From positions 5,890,001-5,954,000 of the forward strand of contig JAGIQG010000032.1 in assembly GCA_024679065.1 (NCBI GenBank): 64,000 bases of DNA, written 5' to 3'. The DNA comes from Sphyrna mokarran (lineage: Eukaryota). The notes under the pieces are model-generated. The model saw only the letters and a program-made list of their open reading frames with translations. It was not told where the DNA came from and ran no database searches. Each line of letters opens with the position of its first letter. The stretch's first letter is position 1. Below, piece after piece: positions 1-11,936 of the stretch. The position numbers and the translations under genes are program-made.

Positions 1-880
1 AAGGGTCAATGTCCAGAGACAGTGTCCAGTGAGAGAGGTCAATGTCCAGAAACAGGGTACAATGAGATGAGTCAGTGTTCACAGAGAAAGATTAATGTCC
101 AGACACAGTGTCCAGTGAGAGGGACATCAATAAGCAGAGGCAGTGTCCAGTGAAAAAGAAGTCATTTCCAGAGGCAGTGTCCAGTGAAAAAGAAGTCATT
201 TCTAGAGGCAGTATCCAATGAGAGGGGTTAATATATGCAGACAATGTCCAGTGAGAGTAATCAATGTCCACTCATAGTGCCCAATGAGAGATCAATGTCC
301 AGAGGGAGTGCCCAGTAAGAGTTTCAATGTCCAGTGAGAGGAATCAATGAGCAGTGAGAGAGGTCAATGTCCAAAGACTGTGTCCAGTGAGAAAGGGGTT
401 AATGTCCAAAGACTGTGTCCAGTGAGAGGGGTCATGTCCAGAGACAGTGTCCAGTGAGAAAGGGGTCAATGTCCAAAGACTGTGTCCAGTGAGAGGGGTC
501 AATGTCCAGAGACAGCGTCCAGTGAGAAACAATCAATGTCCAAAGACCATGTCCAGTCAGAGGAGTCAATATACAGAGACAGTGTTCAGTGAGAGGGGTC
601 AATGTACAGAAACAGTGTCCAATGAGAGGGGTCAATGTGCAGCGCAGTGTCCAGTGAGAGGGGTTAATGTCCAGAGACAGCGTCCAGTAAGAGGTCATTG
701 TCCAGTGATAGATGTCATTGTCCAATGAGAAACAGGTCATTGTCCAAAGGCAATGTCAAGTGAGAGGGGTCAATGTGTAGAGATAACGTCCAGTGAGAGA
801 GATCAATGTCCATTCAGAGAGGGCAAATTCCAGTGAATGTCCAGAGAGGGGGAGGGGGGTTAACACCCAGTGAGAGGGGA
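1..880. repeat. Minisatellite, ~33-bp unit (GTGTCCAGTGAGAGGGGTCAATGTCCAGAGACA), degenerate, runs off the window start
   Basis: Unit visibly repeated more than 20 times; it produces the 11-aa periodic spurious ORFs at 344-740. Confidence 0.95.
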
Positions 881-984
881 TAACGGGTCCGAAATGTGTT
901 TAAGTAGCAATGGAGGTAGTGACACGGCAGCAAGTTTAAAATATCTCTTCAGATAAAGTGAGATAAACAGGAATATGTTTCACT

Positions 985-1400
985 GACTTTCCGCTCCTGG
1001 CGCTGACCGTAACGGCTGCGACCTCACCAATATGGTGGCGACGCCGTGACCTTCCCGTGACGCGAACGCCGTAAAGTGAGGTGGTCAGGCCGCTGTAAAG
1101 TGTCGCGCGGTTGCTATGGTTTCCAGGCGATCGCTGAGTGTGAGACCCAGCGGGAGGTGAGGGTGATTTGGCTGCGGATCCATTTTCCCCGCGAGAGCGA
1201 ACACCAGAGAGACACAGAGAGAGAGGAATGGACAACTCGGGAACCGGGGGAGGCCTGCGCGCCGGCTTCGGCCTTTTCAGCGGCGGAGGAGCCGGAGGCG
1301 GTGGCCCGGTGCCGGAATATTCCCAGCCCGACCTTTCCCGTGTCCCCTGTGAGTAAGAGAGTGAGGCCTGGCTGGCTAGGCCGCAAAGCACACGGCACCA
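985..1400. promoter_or_regulatory. CpG-island promoter/first exon of TIMM23, probably bidirectional
   Basis: The only strongly CpG-rich stretch in the window; surrounds the TIMM23 ATG at 1228. Confidence 0.8.
1228..1348 (+). CDS. TIMM23: TIMM23 coding exon 1 (mitochondrial inner membrane translocase Tim23)
   Basis: MDNSGTGGGLRAGFGLFSGGGAGGGGPVPEYSQPDLSRVP resembles the Gly-rich Tim23 N-terminus (human ...YSHADLAGVP); donor T|GTGAGT at 1349. Confidence 0.93.
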
Positions 1401-1429
1401 ACCTGACATAACCAACTGGTGTTAGCACG

Positions 1430-2045
1430 AGTTATAATAAACTCGCTTTACTCTAACTCGCATAACTTGCGTTACTCTAGTATGATTAGTGTAACATATG
1501 ATATTCTAGGTTAAATAGTTTAACTTGTGCTACACTAGTAGCATACTCTACTCGGTTAACTAATTTATGTTGCAATGTTCTAGGTTAACCTGTGATACGC
1601 TAGTAAGTTAACCTAAGTATCGCGTTATACTAGTTAACCAGTATAGATTGAGATATACTAGATTAACCTGCGATTTTCTAGTATAACTAATAAAACATGT
1701 GATACGTTAGTATAACTCAGTGGGATGCACTAGTAAGTTTACCAGTATAACTTGATACTCTAAATTAACCTGTTTGCTAGTAGGTTGTTTGTGACACTCT
1801 AAGTTAATTAGTATAACTTTAGTATGACTAGTATAATGTGTGATACTCAAGTACAACTTGTATAACTTAGAATGCACTAGTAGGGTAACCAGTATAACTT
1901 GTGATATTCTAGTCAGTTAACTAGTTTAACTTGTGATACTCAAGTGGACTAATTTATAATCTAGCACATCACAAGTTATATTTCTAGTATAACTATAATT
2001 TGATGCTCTAGTGAGTTATCTTGTACTGTAGTAGTATAACTTCAA
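1430..2045. repeat. AT-rich degenerate minisatellite, ~30-32-bp unit (approx. GTTAACCAGTATAACTTGTGATACTCTAGTAA)
   Basis: Recurrent AGTATAACTTGTGATAC, GTTAAC and CTAG motifs from the start of TIMM23 intron 1. Confidence 0.85.
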
Positions 2046-2489
2046 AATGTTAGTTTTCTCAGGATGTAAGATAGATATATCTTTGATAAAGTGCCATGTG
2101 AGATTATTACACAACATTAGGTTCATGTTACATTCACATGAATTGTAGATTGCATTTGTAGACTGTGCATCACCAGAACAACTGCAGCCACTCAAGGCTA
2201 ATCACCACCACCACAGGGGGTATTTGGGGATGGACAATAAATCTGGGCTTAACCTGTGATGGCAATCTGTAATGGAATTTTAAAAAAAGAGTAGAAAGAT
2301 AGATTTGTATTTCCTACTCACTGGAGGTCTCAAATGATCGTAGAAAGGTGTCTGAAAAACATGCTGGCCATACTAAATTCATTCAGTGTAGCCGATCAGA
2401 CGCCAGAGCATGGCGACTTGGGGATTTTCACAGTAACTTCATTGTGGTGTTAATGCAAGCTTGCTTGTGACACTGATAAATAAACTTAG

Positions 2490-2700
2490 AGGCTCTAAAT
2501 ACTACTTTTTTGAAGTCCAGTCATTGTTGTAATGTAGGAAATGCTGCAGGCTATTTGTGCTCAGCAAACTGCCACAGCATCAGTGTGAAAAAGACCAGAC
2601 TTTTTTGTCTGATGTTGGCTGAGTGATAAATATTAGCTAGGACACTCAGATAACCCTGCTCCTCTTCAGAACAATGCCATGGGTATTTCACATCCACCAA
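2490..2700 (-). mobile_element. DeuSINE (SacSINE1/AmnSINE-like Deu domain) remnant
   Basis: Reverse complement resembles the recalled Deu domain (...CCCATGGCA...GAAGAGGAGCAGGG...GTGTCC...AATATTTATC...CCAACATC); similar remnants near 21440-21650 and 39990-40090. Confidence 0.65.
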
Positions 2701-3069
2701 AGGTGTTGGTTTAAGATCTCACCAGGTTACACAGTTGTGCATCTCAGGATGTTTGACTGCAAGCTGATTAGAATGTGCGCTGAGTTTTTGGCGAAAATAA
2801 TTGGAGGAGGGGCAGTGATGGCTTGTGTAGCTGGACAGCCACTTGCTTTTATATATCTTCAATGCAAAAAAAGAGTTCAGTGTCTAAAGGTGTGGAACAG
2901 TGGTGAATGGTTGGATGTGAGAGAAACCTGAACGATGCACTAAAGCTCTGTTCTTATGGCATCGATCTGAGGTGGCAGTCAGCAAGGGTAATGCTTCAGC
3001 AAAGAAGGATGGCTTTCCCACTTGAAGCTGGAATTTTAATTTGTAGGAATAAGTGGATATTTTTATACA

Positions 3070-3285
3070 AAGAAAAGGTGAAGTTGCCATAGTCCCAGAT
3101 GACTCTGGAGTGTTCTCCCTTAGAGACAGAAATCTGACTGGTAGTGATTTAACCTGAGAATCTTCTCACATCAAGTGAGGGGCAAGGATGAGAAGATGGG
3201 CTTTCATGAATAACCTCAGCCAGTACAAGAATTGAACCCATGTTGGCGTCACTGTGCATCATAAACCAGTCAACTGAGCTAAAAG
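3070..3285 (-). mobile_element. tRNA-derived SINE (non-HE1 family)
   Basis: The minus strand begins TTAGCTCAGTTG (A box) and has GGGTTCAATTC (B box), followed by a non-tRNA body. Confidence 0.6.
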
Positions 3286-3724
3286 ATCCCCTATATTAAT
3301 GTATAATTACAGGACAGGTAAGTAAATGGTGTACCGGCACTAAAGGACTTTTATCGTGCAGAAATGAAGTTTAAAAAAGTATTGTTTTAAGAAATATGTG
3401 GTGGAGTGAAAAGAGTGCTGCAATGTTGAGTTCTTGAGTTCGCATTGGCTATCTTTTCAAAAATGCACAAGGCCAGTCCTTCAGGATTAGTTTCTCTCCA
3501 CGTAGACCTGCACCATAAACCATTTTTAGTACTTTTTTTGATTCTGATGTAAACACATTTGGGTTGTGATAAGGTAATAGATGTTATATTAGCATCACTT
3601 CAGTAGTCTCTGAGAAATCGTTTTTCAGATTCCTTATGAAAGAATTGCCTTCTGGTCAATTTATCTACTTTCTCCAAGTCTGAGGACATTCTAGTCCTAA
3701 TGTGTTCCAAGACCAGGAAGCAGG

Positions 3725-3985
3725 CATGGCAGCACTGTGCCTTACAGTGCCAAAGATCTGGGTTCAATCACTGGCTTGGGTCAGCGTGTGTCTGGAGTTT
3801 GCACATTCTCCCTGTATCTGCATGGATTTCCTCTGGGTGCTCCGGTTTCCTCCCATATTCTGAAAGACGTGCTGGTTAGATGCATTGGCCTGAACAGGTG
3901 CTGGACTGTAGCGACTAGGGGATTTTCACAGTAACTTCATTGCCATGTTAATGTAAGCCAACTTATGACTAATAAATAAACTTTG
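3725..3985 (+). mobile_element. HE1/V-SINE, tail type B (...CAGTAACTTCATTGC...AATAAA)
   Basis: tRNA-like head (GGTTCAATC), V core GGAGTTTGCACATTCTCCC...GGTTTCCTCCC, tail ending AATAAATAAA. Confidence 0.85.
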
Positions 3986-5833
3986 TTTTTATTGCAATTG
4001 CTTTTGAGCTTAAATTGTCTATGCTAACTGCCTGCAGTGAGGTGAGAGTAAATTGCCTTTTATATCAAGACATCAAGGAACCTTAGCAAAATTGAAATCA
4101 CTGGAATTTGGGGTGTGGGGAGAACTCTGTCCTAGTTGGAGTCAAATCTACCACTCACCAAGATGGTTGGCCTTCAACATCACAGTCCCAGAGCTTTGCT
4201 GCTGGAGTTACCTGACAGTGTCCTAGTCCCAACCATCTTCAGCTTTAGGCGATGACCATCTTCAAGAAGATGGTTGGAGAATTGGTGTAAGAGGGCGTCA
4301 CATTTCTAAGGCATTGGGTTGGTCCTGGGGAAGTTGGGACCTGTACAAGGTGAACAGATATCTTAATCGCACTGAAACTAATATCCTTGGAGAGATTTTC
4401 TCGTGCTATTGGGGAAGGTTTTAAACTCACCCTGGAGGGTAGTTCAAACTACAAGGAAGTAATGCTGGTAACAAAGTAAAAAAGTAGTAAACAAAATAAT
4501 TTAAGCTTAGGATGTGGAATAATGTCAAACAAAGAAAAATAATGACATTCTATCTGAATGCATGCAAGGTAGTTGATTTTATGCAAAATAGGAACAGTTG
4601 AAGGCCATTTGGATATTCAAGCCTGCTGTACCATAGAATCCTACTGTGCAGAATGAGGCTATTCTACCCATCAAGTTCACACCAATCACAATTCCATCCA
4701 GACCCTAACTCCATAATTCCATGCATTTACCCGAGCTGGTGCCCCTGCTACAAAGGGGTAATTTAACATGGCCAATCCACCCACATTTTTGGACGTGGGA
4801 GGAAACCAGAACACCATTCATTAAGATCATTAGCTGATTTGTATTTTGAATTCCACATTCCCATCCTTGCCTAACAAGAATCTAAACTTCCATCTTAAAA
4901 ATATTGAGTGATTTTAAAGACACAAAGTGGGTGGGATTTAATTGCTGTGATGGAAACATGGTTGCAGGGTGACCAAGACTGGGAACTGAATATTCAAGGA
5001 TGGTACCTGGAAGGATAGGAGGTTTCAGTTTAGTCGGACAGCATGGTTGGTGCAAGCTTGGAGGACTGAAGGGCCTGTTCCTGTGCTGTAATTTTCTTTG
5101 TTCTTTGATATTTGACACTTAGGAAGGATAGGCAAAAAGGAAAATGAGGTGTATTGCACTGATAATGCATGGAATCCGTACATTAGTGAGGGAGGATCGC
5201 AGATTGGACAACTAAATTGTGTAGTCTGTTTGGGTGGAGATTAGAGAAATGTGGGTGAGATAATAATCATAGGACTACAGAATCATTACAGTGCAGAAAG
5301 AAGCCCATTGAGTCTGCACCAACTCTCCGAAAGATCATCCCCCACAATTTGTGTGTAAACTGGCTGAATCTAATGAGCGCTGATGCAATGGGGACTAGTT
5401 TCTGAAGTTCGTTACAGATGGTTTTGTACATTGAGGAACTGACATAAGAACTGGCTGTTCTAAGTTTTAATATTATGTAATGAGAGGGCTATCTTTAATC
5501 TTGTTGTAAAAGAACCTTGGGATGATAGCATAGAATTTTACATTATGTTTAAAAGTGAAGCAGTTCAATCTGAAGCTCGGATGTTAAATCTGAACAAAGA
5601 GTGTTGGCTGAGCTGGATTGACAAAGTACTTTTAAAAAGTATGATGGTATGTAAGCAATCCTTTAAATAATTAATACATAGTTTATAGCAACCAAAGCAT
5701 ACAGAAAAATCAGTCAATCATTAAAGGAAGTTAAAAATAAAAGCAGGAAATATGTGAAAAATTCAGCACATCTGGCAGCATGGATGGAGACAGCAGAGTC
5801 GAACGGAATCAAAACAATTTCCCTCTCCACAGA

Positions 5834-6514
5834 TAGAACATAGAACAATACAGCACAAACAAGCCCTTCGGCCCATGAGTTGCGCTGATCACATCTACCA
5901 ATCCACAGACCTATCTATAACCCCCTATCCTATTCTTTTCCATATACTCATCCAGAAGTCTCTTAAAAGACCCCAGTGAGTTTGCCTCAACAACCTCCGA
6001 CGGCAGTCGGTTCCATTCACTCACCACCCTCTGAGTGAAAACCTACCCCTGACATCTCCTTTGTATTTGCTTCCCTGCACCTTAAATCTGTGTCCTCTCG
6101 TAGTGACCATTTCAGCTCGGGGAAATAGTCTCTGAGAGTCCACCCTATCTATCCCTCTCAACATTTTATAAACCTCTATCAGGTCGCCTCTCAACCTACG
6201 TCTCTCCAGTGAGAAGAGTCCCAGCTCCCTAAACCTATCTTCATAAGGCCTGCCTCCCAATCCAGGCAGCATCCTTGTAAATCTCCTCTGAACTCTCTCA
6301 ATAGCCTCTACATCCTTCCTATAATGAGGCGACCAGAACTGCGCACAATACTCCAACTGGGGTCTGACAAGAGTCTTATAGAGCTGCATCATTACCTCCT
6401 GACTCCTAAACTCTATTCCTCGATTAATGAAGGCCAGTACACCATACGCCTTCTTGACCACTTCCTCCACCTGAGAGGCCGATTTAAGAGTCCTATGGAC
6501 CCGGACCCCGAGAT
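5834..6514 (-). mobile_element. Young 5'-truncated CR1/HER1-type LINE (ORF2 RT C-terminus and tail)
   Basis: ORF 6021-6470 has LYKTLVRPQLEYCAQFWSP and LERRRLRGDLIEVYK; tail GGGCCGAAGGG...(TTCTA)n; near-identical to 46755-47566. Confidence 0.95.
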
Positions 6515-6593
6515 GCTACCAGATCTGCTGAGTTTTTCACGTTTTCCGCTTTTATATAGATTCCAACACTATTTTGTAGAGGAAATTAAGGAT

Positions 6594-7505
6594 TAGAATA
6601 GAATAGAATAGAACATTACAGCACAGAACAGGCCCTTCGGCCTTCGATGTTGCGCCGACCAATATAAAAAGCAATGCCCCTCCAAACTAAACCATTCCCT
6701 TCTCTTCCATATACTTATCAACTAACCTCTTAAACGCCACCAAACTTGGCGCATCTACAACTGCTGCAGGCAGGGCATTCCACTCCCGAACCACCCTTTG
6801 GGTAAAGAACCTACCTCTGATATCCGTCCTATAACTATCACCCCTTAATTTAAAGCTGTGTCCCCTCGTTCTAGCTTTTTCCATCCTAGGAAAAAAGGCT
6901 ATCACTGTCCACCCTATCTAAACCTCTAATCATCTTATATGTTTCGATCAGGTCCCCTCTTAGCCTCCTCCTTTCTAACGAAAACAACCTCAAATCCCTC
7001 AGCCTCTCCTCATAAGACCTGCCCTCCATACCAGGCAACATCCTGGTAAACCTCCTCTGTACCCTCTCCAATGCCTCCACATCTTTCTTATAATGTGGGG
7101 ACCAGAACTGCACACAATACTCCAATTGCGGCCGCACTAGAGTTTTGTACAGTTGCAACATGACGTTGCGGCTCCGAAATTCAATCCCTCTACCAATAAA
7201 AGCCAAGACTCCATATGCCTTCCTAACAACCTTCTCGACCTGACTGCCTACTTTCAGGGATCTATGCACATACACACCAAGATCCCTCTGTTCATCTAGA
7301 CTACTAGAATCCTACCATTTGCCCTATACTCTACACATTTATTATTTCTGCCATAGTGCATTACCTCACACTTTTCCACATTAACCTCCATTTGCCACCT
7401 CTCGGCCCAGCTCTGCAACTTGTCCAAGTCCCTCTGCAAACTATAACTCCCCTCTTCACTATCTACCACTCCACCGACTTTAGTGTCATCTGCAAATTTA
7501 CTAAT
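6594..7505 (-). mobile_element. 5'-truncated CR1-type LINE, second subfamily, frameshifted
   Basis: ORFs 6886-7275 and 6687-6905 encode consecutive RT C-terminal parts; KFADD motif near 7490; (TTCTA)n tail at 6594-6615. Confidence 0.95.
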
Positions 7506-8955
7506 TGTATAAGACTAAAAGAAAAAGCCTATAATATTGCTGGAAATAGTGTTAAATCTCAGGATTGGGAGAACTTTGGAAAACAGCAATGGAGGTCAGT
7601 AGCACATGACTATAAACTAGCAAAGACATAAAAAGTTAATGTTTGGCTAAAACAAACGTGGGTCCTTTACAGGAGAATTTGTTTGGAGGAATAGAGAAAT
7701 GGCAGATAAGCTAAATGTTTATTTTGTCTATCTTCACAGATTTAGAGATCCAAGAGACTAGGAAGAATGAGGAATTGAAGAATATTAGTAAGAAGGTTGT
7801 AATGGAGAAATGAATGGATCTGATAAATCCTTGGAAGTTTGTTGAAGAGGTAGTTTTGGAAATAATGTATTGGTGATCATGTTCCAAAATTCTCTAGATT
7901 TTGGAACAGTCCCTGCAGATTGGAAGCTAGCAAAAATCACCCCATTATTTAAGGAAGGAAGGAGTCTAGACCTGTTCGCCTTATATCAGTAGTAGGAAAA
8001 TAATGGAATCTATTCTGAAGGATGTGACAAATGAAAACTTGGCTCATTTATTTATAGTTTATTTATTAGTGTCACAAGTAGACTTGCAGTAACACTGCAA
8101 TGAAGTTATTGTGAAAATCCCCCTAATCATCACTAGGCATCTGTTCAGGTACACCAATGGAGAATTTAGAACGGCCGATGCAGCTAACCAGCATGACTTT
8201 CGGACTGTGGAAGGAAACCAGAGCACCAGAAAGAAACTCGAGAGAACATGCAGACTCTGCACAGACAGTGACTCAAGCCAGGAATTGAACATGGATCAAT
8301 AGTTAGCAGTGCTAACTATTGTGCCACCCTATAATGAAATGGTAATGTAGATATGTGAATGGGAAATCATATTTGATGAACCTTTACAGTTTTTTAGGAT
8401 GTTATGAACAGAATTGTTAGCGAAGTTGGTGGCATCATATAATTGGATTTTTAGAAGGCTTTTGATAAAGTTCCCCACAGAAAGTTAGTTGATAAAATTG
8501 AAGCATGTGGAATAGGAGGTAATGTATTGGCATGAATTAAGGATTGGCCAACAGAACAGAAAACAGGATAGGAATGAACGGATCGTTCTCACATTGGCAG
8601 TCTGTGACTAGTGAGATATCGCAAGGATCAATAATTGGGCCCCAGCTGTTCACAATACATGTAAATGATTTGGATTCAGGACCAAATGAAATATTTCCAA
8701 GTTTGTGGATGAGACAAAGCTAGGTGGGAGTATGTTGAAGATTTCAAGCAGTTTCAAGCGAATTTGGACGGACTTCTTCAGTGGATAAGAGCATGGTAGA
8801 TAGAATACAACGTGGGAATGTGAAGTTATCTGCTTTAGTGGGAGAAGCAGACCCTTTAAAGGGTAAAAGATTAGTAAGTGGAGATGTACAGAGGGGCCTG
8901 GATATCCTTGTCAATAAGACATGTACAGGTGCAGCAAACAGTTAGGAAGGTTAAT
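7506..8955 (+). mobile_element. Old degenerate CR1-like LINE ORF2 fragment interrupted by a V-SINE
   Basis: Remnants of DWKxA, DFxKAFDKVPH and KFVDETKLGG motifs with many frameshifts. Confidence 0.75.
8045..8330 (-). mobile_element. HE1/V-SINE, tail type B
   Basis: Reverse complement of the V-SINE head, core and tail. Confidence 0.85.
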
Positions 8956-11013
8956 GAAAACAAAATGCTGGAGAGACTTAGCAGGTCCAGCAACATCTGT
9001 GCAGAGAGACCCAGCTAACGTTTTGACTGCATGTGACTCTTCAGAACAAAGGCATTGAAGTGGGTATCAGCCATGATCATATTGAATGGTCTTCTGATCT
9101 TGTACTCCCAAGAGAATCTTAATTATCTCCTCTTGACACTCAATGGCATTACCATCGTAAAATTCTCCACTATCACATCTTGGGGATTGCCATTGACCAA
9201 AAATTGATCTGACGCAGTCAAATACAGTGATGCTAAGAGCCGGTCGGAGTGTGTGAAGTACCTTACCTCCTGACTGCCCAAAGCTGCTTCTCCACCTGCA
9301 AGTGCTTGGGGATCAAATCAGAAACCCGAGGGTATTTTATGAAGCTAGACCAGATCTCAACAATGCTTCTATTTTGGCAATCAGTGTGAAGATGGACAAG
9401 CACAATTCGATTGACAAACTAGGGAGTTTTTTAATCAAAACAACCTTTATTCAACAACTTTTAACAATTGAATACTACTTAAACATGACAAGATAAATTC
9501 TTAGCTACTAATCTATCACTATTAGTTTCAGTGAAGCAGTGTTTTTCTTATAAACTTAAGATAAAGGTCTGGAACAAGCTGCCAGAGATGGTAATAGAGG
9601 CAGGTACAATTTTATCTTTTAAAAAGCATTTAGAGAATTACATGGGTAAGATGGTATAGAGTGATATGGGCCAAAATGCATGCAATTGGAATTAGTTTCA
9701 AGGATTTAAAAAGGACAGCGTGGACAAGTTGGGCTGAAGGGCCTATTTCTATGCTGTAAATCTCTGACTCTATAACTCCTGTTCGGAATTAGTTAGTAAA
9801 ACGCAGGCATAATTGCTTTGACTTAAGTTAACAGCCTTGGAGCTTTCAGAAAGATGGAGCAATATTTTCTCTATCCGTTCCAAGCAGCAACTGCTCCTCA
9901 TTTAAAATGAAAATGAAATTGTTGAAATTGACACGACATTGGTTTATTTTGTCAAATCTTTCTATGCTTTGTGACCACTGATTTGTATACCAACAATTCT
10001 TATTAATGCTGCCTTCAGCTGAATCTTGAAAGCAAAGTAATGAAATGAAAATCTGATTTCCAAATGCGTGCATCTACCCTGTTAGGAAAGGATATACCAT
10101 TTGCAGCTTTGCTTAATGGCTATCACTGAATTCTGAAGTGCATCTTTTAAGAAGAAGATAGTGAAATGGTTTCTGCTGTCAATTATTTAGAATCTTCAAG
10201 TTGTAGCATGAAAACCAATAGTGCAAGTGTTAATTACAGGGTACTGTTGACAGGATAAGTGGTGCACAATGAGCAGTCCATCTGAACTTGACTGTGCATC
10301 TCCCACGTTACAGAAGGAAATTTCCATTTGGTGCTGAGCCTGCCATCTGTCCATAGTTTTAAATGCTTTCTAGTGCTGCAATCTATTCTGACAGCTACTT
10401 CATCCCTTTTGGGTCGACTATTAAAGCTTCTTGAGTGCAACTCTAATCCTCTAATGCTGCTTCACTTCAATAGCTGTTTGAAGCAAATAGCCTATTCCAC
10501 TACATAGTGCCTCGAGAATTAACCAAGCTTATTTTTAACTGCACTGTATATTCTCTTCCCCTCTCCCCCATGTCAGCCTCCACAGTCTGGTGCTTAATCC
10601 TGATTTATTTCCACTCTTTGAATGCTATTTCTGACTCAGGCTGCATGTTGATGACCTGAGGGTGCTTCATTCCCTGTGTGTACAATATGTCTCTGGTGAA
10701 ATTCTTACCATGTGATGAGATTTGGAAATGACAAGACTCCTAACTCAAGTGTGTAATAAGGATAAAGCTCCCTTTACATTGTGTTGACAGTATATTTTAC
10801 TGTTTGAATTATGCCATCTCCCCCTTACTGTTTTATTCTTTTGATAACTGCTGTTCTTATGATCTTTGTGATGGAGATTGCCACATTAGGGATGTGTTAT
10901 TTTTACTGTGGACTCTTGCTCACTCACCAGAGTTGCTCAACATTCCTCACTTGGGTAAGTAAAGACAGTGCAAAAGAGGAGACTATTATCCCATTGACCT
11001 GAGTTTGGTTTGT

Positions 11014-11262
11014 AAACACAGTAAGAAATCGCAACACCAGGTTTAAATTCCAACAGGTTTATTTGGTAGTAAAAGCCACTAGCTTTTGGAGTGCTGCTCC
11101 TTCGTCAGGTGAGTGGGAGCTCTGTTCACAAACAGGGCATATAAAGATACAAACTCAATTTACAAAATGAAATTGTAAAATAAAATGAAACAAAATGGGC
11201 TTTTGCTACCAAATAAACCAGTTGGACTTCAACCTGATATTGTGAGACTTCTTACTGTGTTT
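11014..11262. mobile_element. Penelope-like pLTR remnant arranged as an inverted repeat
   Basis: AAACACAGTAAG (11014) and CTTACTGTGTTT (11251-11262) start ~65-bp inverted arms; same family as 60950-61070; contains a hammerhead-like motif on the minus strand. Confidence 0.75.
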
Positions 11263-11299
11263 ATCCCATTCAATGCCAGCATCTCCACCTTATAGAATT

Positions 11300-11645
11300 A
11301 TAAAACCCTACAGTGCAGGAAGAAGTCCTTCAGCCCATCGAGTCTGCACTGAACACAATCCCATCTAGTCCCTACCCCCATATCCCTACATATTATACAT
11401 AATATACATATTAGACTAATCCCTCTAATTTACGCATCCCTGGACACTAAGGGGCAATTTCTTAGCACGGTCAATCAATCTAACCCACACATCTTTGGAC
11501 TGTGGGAGGAAACTGGAGTACGCAGAGGAAACCCACGCAGACACGAGGAGAATGTGCAAGCTCCATACAGACAGTGACCTGAGCCGGGAATCGAACCCTG
11601 GAGCTGTGAAGCAGCAGTGCTAACCACTATGCTACCATACCACCC
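11300..11645 (-). mobile_element. HE1/V-SINE, tail type A (CR1-like tail)
   Basis: Full head (GGTTAGCACTGCTGC, GGTTCGATTCCC), V core and tail GGGCTGAAGG...CACTGTAGGG on the minus strand. Confidence 0.9.
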
Positions 11646-11877
11646 ATGACTTTGTTTACAAGCCAAGCCCCAGAGATAGATCAGTGCTGCACTGCAACAT
11701 CACTGAGTCCCGCAGTTTCCACCCTTGTCTCTCTCCCTTTAGGCGAACGCCCATTGTGACAATCTGATGGGTAGCTACGTTGAAAGAAAGAAACTAGTGT
11801 GCTGGAGGGTTGCTGTAAGATGTGAAAAAGACAGAGGATGTTCCTGGGGTGTTAACTTTCACCTTTGCCTTTTACAG

Positions 11878-11936
11878 TGACTGGGATGAGCCCCTTGTCT
11901 CCCTATCTGAACCTTGATCCTCGATATTTAATTCAG
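11878..11936 (+). CDS. TIMM23: TIMM23 exon 2
   Basis: (L)TGMSPLSPYLNLDPRYLIQ; acceptor TTTTACAG, donor GTAAGT; 59 nt. Confidence 0.97.

Noticed and set aside
344-740. Cys/His-rich periodic ORFs resembling zinc-finger repeats
   Set aside because: They are translations of the 33-bp minisatellite, open on both strands, and lack C2H2 spacing.
1168-1227. In-frame TTG-initiated N-terminal extension of TIMM23
   Set aside because: The ATG at 1228 has good context and matches the known N-terminus; nothing supports use of the TTG.
936-1428. Overlapping 104-159 aa ORFs at the promoter
   Set aside because: Stop-poor GC-rich sequence overlapping or antisense to TIMM23 exon 1; no recognisable PARG or other homology.
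1-2045. CRISPR-like repeat arrays
   Set aside because: The units are contiguous and degenerate with no unique spacers, the context is vertebrate, and there are no cas genes.
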